Assembly (NCBI GenBank): GCA_963813305.1
Contig: CAWEYP010000019.1
Span: forward strand, 130,727 to 194,726
Source: an uncultured Chloroflexia bacterium
GTDB taxonomy: Bacteria > Chloroflexota > Limnocylindria > Limnocylindrales > CSP1-4
Direction of reading: 5' to 3'
Length of the DNA: 64,000 nucleotides
The position numbers and the translations under genes are program-made. Positions 59,782-64,000 of this stretch are shown piece by piece. The notes under the pieces are model-generated. The model was not told the DNA's origin, did no database searches, and was given only the letters and a program-made list of their open reading frames with translations. The stretch's first letter is position 1; each line of letters begins with the position of its first letter.

Positions 59782-60537
59782 ATGTCGCCAGGACGCTGGA
59801 CCCGCCGCTTTGCCGCCGTGCTCGTCGCCGCCTCGCTCGCCGCCTCGCTCGCCGGCCCGGCCCGCGCCGGCTACCAGGGCACGGTCGCCTCGAACGAGAG
59901 CGCGTTCGAGCCACCCTGCCTCACCTTTGACGATCCCTATCCCGAGAAGATGCAGAAGGCCGCGGCGACTGCGTTCGCCGCGCTCGGCTACGAGACCCGC
60001 TCGTACACCGGCGCCGCCTTCACCCGTGCGGCATACCTCGCCCGGACGGCCAACGACTGGGGCACGTACGTCCACAGCCATGGCGATCACTACTGGCATG
60101 CCGCGGACGGTCGCCGGTACGCGGGCTTCCGCGAGGACTCGGGCGACTGCAGCCAGGCGGTCGTCTACTCGAAGGACATCGCCCTCAAGCGGGCTGGCCG
60201 GCAGTCGAGCCTCGTGGTGATGTCGATGTGCCACGTCGGCGAGGACGGCTCGACCATGCCCGGCGCCTTCGGGATCGCGAAGAAGCGGTACGCCAGCGGC
60301 GCCTGGGGCGGGCCGGAGTTCTTCGTCGGGTATCTCGGCGCGGCCTGGGACAACGACGAGTGGACCTTCGAGGTCGCCTTCTGGGACGCCATCGGGCCCG
60401 GCTACGGGACGGGCGAGGCGTTCGACGTCGCGGCGGCCCGGGACTTCGCCCATCCGTTCGACGCGAACTGGTGGGGCTCCTACGACTACACGGGCCGGGC
60501 GGGGCCGCTCCCCTCCGGCTGCGACCGGTGCCTGTGA
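59782..60537 (+). CDS. Secreted caspase/CHAT-fold (clan CD) cysteine peptidase-like protein
   Basis: Signal peptide, YVHSHG (His100) and LVVMSMC (Cys150), FFVGY followed by FEVAFWDAI...GEAF, and C-terminal CDRC. Confidence 0.7.
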   Translation: MSPGRWTRRFAAVLVAASLAASLAGPARAGYQGTVASNESAFEPPCLTFDDPYPEKMQKAAATAFAALGYETRSYTGAAFTRAAYLARTANDWGTYVHSHGDHYWHAADGRRYAGFREDSGDCSQAVVYSKDIALKRAGRQSSLVVMSMCHVGEDGSTMPGAFGIAKKRYASGAWGGPEFFVGYLGAAWDNDEWTFEVAFWDAIGPGYGTGEAFDVAAARDFAHPFDANWWGSYDYTGRAGPLPSGCDRCL

Positions 60538-60547
60538 GGTGAACGCC

Positions 60548-61474
60548 ATGCCTGTCTTCCGACACGTCACTCCGACGCCCCCGCCGCCTCGCGCCGATCG
60601 CCCTCGCGGCGGCGGCCGCCGCCCTGCTGGCCGGCGGGCCGGCAGGGCCCACGCCCGGCGGCGCCGTCGACCGGTACCAGGCCGGGGAGGCGGCGATCGT
60701 ACGCTCCGCCGTTCCGGCGGGCGCCGCGGCCGGGATCCGCGAGCGAGGCCTCGCCCAGGCCCGCGCCCTCGGCGTGCCGGCCGGCGCCGCGCACGCGGCT
60801 GACCCGGCTCCGTGACCGGTTCTCCGGCGCGGTGCTCGACGAGGTGGTCACCACCGACGCCGGCGGGCGGAGGCTCGGGCCTCGTCCGCCTCGCGGCGGA
60901 CGGCCGCCTGGCGACCGCGATCCGCCTCGGCTGGCGCGCCCCGACGGGTCGCCGGATCGACGCAGGACGGGCGCGGGCGCGGGCGGTCGCGCTGGCGGCC
61001 GCCGCGGGGATCGCCGGCGCCGGCACGCCGCGCGCCACGCAGATCGCCGATGGAGGCTGGCGCGTCGCCTGGGAACGGAGCGTCGACGGCGTGCCGGTCC
61101 CCGGCGACGGCAGCACGATCACGCTGTTCGCCGACGGCACCTTCCACGCCGCCGTCCACCGGGAGCGGCCCCTCGCCGAGGCGCCGGCCACGACCCTGGA
61201 GCGCCGCGCGGCCGAGCGGATCGCCGGAGATCGCCTCGGCACGCTCCTGGGCGCCTCGCGCGGCCAGGCCCGGATCGTCGGGGCGCGCCTCGCCTGGGTC
61301 GCCCCCAACGACACGTTCGACGCGGCGGCGCCGGACGCCCCGGACCCGATCCTCCGCCTGGCGTGGATCGTCGAGGTGCGCACGGTCGCGCCGCTCGCCG
61401 GGCGCCTCCGCGCGCTCGAGCTGTACCTGGACGCCGGCGACGGGTCCCTGCTCGGCGGGGACCTCCTCCGATGA
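60548..61474 (+). CDS. Secreted protein with FTP/PepSY-like (or YcdB/C-like) domains (indels at 60570-60870)
   Basis: Ala-rich signal, WERSVDGVPVPGD..TITLFADG, and ARLAWV...LRLAWIVEV...LYLDAGDGSLL. Confidence 0.65.
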
Positions 61475-62607
61475 CCTGGCTCCCGCCGACCCCGCCCCCC
61501 TCCAGGCCCCCCGGACCTTCCGGACCTTCCGCCTCGCCGGCCGGAAGCGGCACGGTCCGCGGCATGGCTGCGGTGGCGGCCGCCGCGACGCCCGTCGTCG
61601 CGGCGGCCCTCCTCGCGGTCGCCCTCGTCGCCACGGGCTGCCGGCCACGCGTGTCCTCGCCCGGCCCGTCCGACGAGCCGTCCGGGGCGGCGACCGCGTC
61701 GGCGGCCGCATCCCGCCAGCCGGGCGTCGGCCCGGCGTCCCCGGACGCAACCGGGATGCGCCTGCTCCTGCTGGTCGGTGCGCCGGCCCGGCCGCGCGCC
61801 GCCGTCCACGACCTGGCGCAGCCCGGCGAGCCGGGTGTTCCCCTCGACCTGCCGGATCCGCTGCGCGATGGCGGGCTTGCGACCGTCGTGGCGGCCCCGG
61901 ACGGCCGGCTTGCCGCGGTCGGCCAGGACGGCGCCGCGTGGCAGGCGCCGCCACCCGCGCGCAACCCTGCCGGCGCGCCGGCATGGACGCCGCTCCCCTC
62001 GGTCGCGAAGGAACCCGGGCTGCCTGGGCCCGTGCTCGGCGGGACGTGGAGCATGGACGGATCCACGCTGGTGCTCGTCGCGGGCGGGCCCGGCTCGGGA
62101 ACGCGGCGGACCGCGATCGTGTCCGTTCCCGGCGATGGGTCCGCACCCATCTCGATCGAGGTCCCGCTCGAGGCCGACGGCCCGGCCATCGCGGCCCTGC
62201 CCCGCGGCGTCGTGGCGTTCGTCGGCCGCGACCTCCGCGACCGCGGCGTGCTCGCCCGGATCGCCGCGTCCGGCTCCTTCGCGACGCTGCCGGTTGCCGC
62301 GCGCGGGGTGGCGGCCGGCGGCGGGCTCGTCGCGATCGTCGCCGACGACGCGGTCCGGGTAGGCACGCTCGACGAGCTCGACCGCGGCAGGCTTCCCATC
62401 GAGCCGCTGCCCCTCGAGGGACCCGACGGGATCGGCGCCGTCGCGATCGCCCCCGACGGGACGGCCGTCGCGGTGGTGCGCCTCGACGACGAGGGGAGGG
62501 CCGCCCGCGTCGATGTCCTCCGCCGCACGGACGGCGCGTGGGCGGCGTCGTCATCCCTGGCGCTCGACCCGCGGGACGGCAGCGCGATCGTCGGGTGGCT
62601 TCCCTGA
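61471..62607 (+). CDS. Lipoprotein with probable beta-propeller
   Basis: Lipobox VATGC and blade-like units AAPDGRLAAV, WSMDGSTLVLV, IAPDGTAVAVV. ATGA overlap. Confidence 0.65.
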   Translation: MTWLPPTPPPSRPPGPSGPSASPAGSGTVRGMAAVAAAATPVVAAALLAVALVATGCRPRVSSPGPSDEPSGAATASAAASRQPGVGPASPDATGMRLLLLVGAPARPRAAVHDLAQPGEPGVPLDLPDPLRDGGLATVVAAPDGRLAAVGQDGAAWQAPPPARNPAGAPAWTPLPSVAKEPGLPGPVLGGTWSMDGSTLVLVAGGPGSGTRRTAIVSVPGDGSAPISIEVPLEADGPAIAALPRGVVAFVGRDLRDRGVLARIAASGSFATLPVAARGVAAGGGLVAIVADDAVRVGTLDELDRGRLPIEPLPLEGPDGIGAVAIAPDGTAVAVVRLDDEGRAARVDVLRRTDGAWAASSSLALDPRDGSAIVGWLP

Positions 62608-62613
62608 CGCGGA

Positions 62614-62642
62614 TGCGAAGGACCCGGCACAGGGCCGGGTCC
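62614..62642 (-). terminator. GC-rich hairpin between convergent genes
   Basis: GGACCCGGC-acagg-GCCGGGTCC, a perfect 9-bp stem with only a weak U tract on the minus strand. Confidence 0.55.
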
Positions 62643-62680
62643 AGGGCGGCGAGCGCGGCCGGCGGGGCCGGCAGGGTCGC

Positions 62681-62962
62681 TCAGTTCGCGGCGGCGGTCT
62701 CCTCGACGGCCGTGAAGATGGAGACCTGGGATGCCTCCGGGAGCATCTCGCCGAGGATCTTCTGCAGGGTCAGCTGGTGGACGCAGCTGTTCCAGCTCTC
62801 GAAGTAGTGGCACGTGCAGTGCCAGGCACCGGCGTCGAGGCTCACGTGATGCGTGTCGTTGTCACCCCGGAACGTGACGCCGAGGCGATCGAACGTCAGG
62901 CGGTCGCGCTCGCGGGCGTAGCGATTCGCCTTCTCGACCTTGCCGATGAGAGAGCTGTGCAT
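62681..62962 (-). CDS. Small standalone SWIM zinc-finger protein (93 aa)
   Basis: MHSSLIGKVEKANRYA...WHCTCHYFESWNSCVH (CxC-x8-CxH). RBS-like GGAGGG upstream. Confidence 0.8.
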   Translation of the reverse strand: MHSSLIGKVEKANRYARERDRLTFDRLGVTFRGDNDTHHVSLDAGAWHCTCHYFESWNSCVHQLTLQKILGEMLPEASQVSIFTAVEETAAAN

Positions 62963-63099
62963 CGTCGAGATCCCTCCGTGGCCCGTGGGCCGTTCCAGAG
63001 GCCGCCGGCCGGCCGTGCGCTCGTCGGTCGGGGAGGGCGGTCGTACCCGGAAGCTCGACGTACCCGGCGCCAGAGAGGGACCCGGTCGGCCGCGGAGGA

Positions 63100-64000
63100 T
63101 CAGCCGCGGACGAGCGCCTCCCCGGCGGCGAGGCAGGCATCGGCGACGTCGGCCGAGGTGGCCTCCGACGTAGACCCGGACCAGCGGCTCCGTGCCGCTG
63201 AAGCGGACCAGCAGCCACGAGCCGTCGCCGATGAAGAACTTGAAGCCGTCGTTCGTCGAGAGCTCGACGGTCCGGGTGACGGGCTGCCCGGCCAGCTCCG
63301 TCGGCGCCTTCTCGACGAGCTCGACGGCGAGGCGGTCCTTCATGGCGGGGTAGGTCGCCCGGTCCACGTGGACGTCCACGCGCTGGTAGAAGGACGGCCC
63401 GGCGATCTCGTGGAGGTGGGCGATCGCCGCGGAGACCGGCCAGCGCCCGGCGGCCCGCTCGCGCAGGAAGAGGTCGAGCAGGAGCAGGTCGGCGTAGATC
63501 CCGTCGCGCTCCGGCAGGTGCATCCCGAAGCCGTATCCGCCGGACTCCTCGCCGCCGTACATGGCCCCGGTCTCGATCATCTTCGGCCCGACGTACTTGA
63601 AGCCGACCGGCGTCTCGTGGACCGCGATCCCGTAGTGCGCCCCGAGCCGCTCCGCCATCGACGTCTCGTTGACGCTCTTGACGACCGGCTGGCGCATCCC
63701 GCGGTGCTCGGCCAGGTAGTACATCAGCAGCCCGTAGACCTGGAGCTGGTGGACGAAGACGCCCCGCTCGTCGATCGCGCCGGCCCGGTCGGCATCGCCG
63801 TCGAGGAGAAGCCCGAGGTCGAAGCCGCCCGCCGGCGACGAGGCGCAGCGCCTCGTCGATGTGCGGGCGGATCGGCTCCGGGTTGACTCCGCCGAAGTAC
63901 GGGTTGCGCTCCGTGTGGAGCTCGACGACCTCGATCCGCCCGCCCGCGAGGAGCCGGCTGATCCAGCCGGCGCCGGAGCCCCACATCGGCTCGACGAGGA
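63100..64000 (-). CDS. Phosphoglucomutase/phosphomannomutase family, 3' part (partial, indels)
   Basis: DGDADR metal loop, ETPVGFKY, GGEESGG, ERDGI, DGFKF and VRFSGTEPLVRVY. Confidence 0.92.

Noticed and set aside
1-64000. Frameshifts in many genes read as pseudogenes or programmed frameshifting
   Set aside because: They hit essential genes (accB, fabH, pgm) and cluster in G/C runs, and gmd has three +1 insertions within about 60 nt. Long-read consensus error is the simplest explanation. Read-level checking would be needed to say otherwise.

Overview
High-GC bacterial chromosome segment, most consistent with Chloroflexota, Limnocylindria-like. That assignment is inference from LCP genes, Pro/Ser/Thr-rich lipoproteins, a small standalone SWIM protein and many leaderless promoters. 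Many essential genes carry single-base indels, which look like long-read consensus errors, so split ORFs are joined here. From left to right the window holds: (1) a surface-glycan region at 1-19.6 kb with two GT-C membrane glycosyltransferases (one AftA-like), a flippase-like protein, a Wzy-like protein, two LCP ligases, a priming sugar transferase, and a GT4/Wzx/WaaL/gmd-rmd cassette bounded by intact fabG and a decayed fabG fragment; (2) a roughly 15 kb minus-strand run lysC-birA-ECF-anti-sigma-accD-accA-[lysine-less BCCP-like]-accC-fabZ-phosphoesterase-fabF-accB-fabH-[ATPase-nuclease, HTH-MNT, HEPN]-fabG; (3) thrB-thrC-hom; (4) an ECF sigma with a 916-aa Kelch/GWP-repeat anti-sigma; (5) trpS, an AI-2E transporter, surE and glgC; (6) a GcvT-like gene with two PYROXD2-like flavoproteins; (7) vapBC and a MORC-like ATPase; (8) a cobalamin riboswitch with a btuFCD-like transporter; (9) a secreted caspase-fold peptidase operon; (10) a SWIM protein and a partial phosphohexomutase. 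The best novelty candidates are the non-biotinylatable BCCP paralog plus ECF pair inside the ACC/FAS run, the clan-CD peptidase with FTP/PepSY partner, the ATPase-nuclease/MNT-HEPN insert, the PYROXD2/GcvT trio and the AftA-like GT-C. No CRISPR array, rRNA, tRNA or transposase was recognised.
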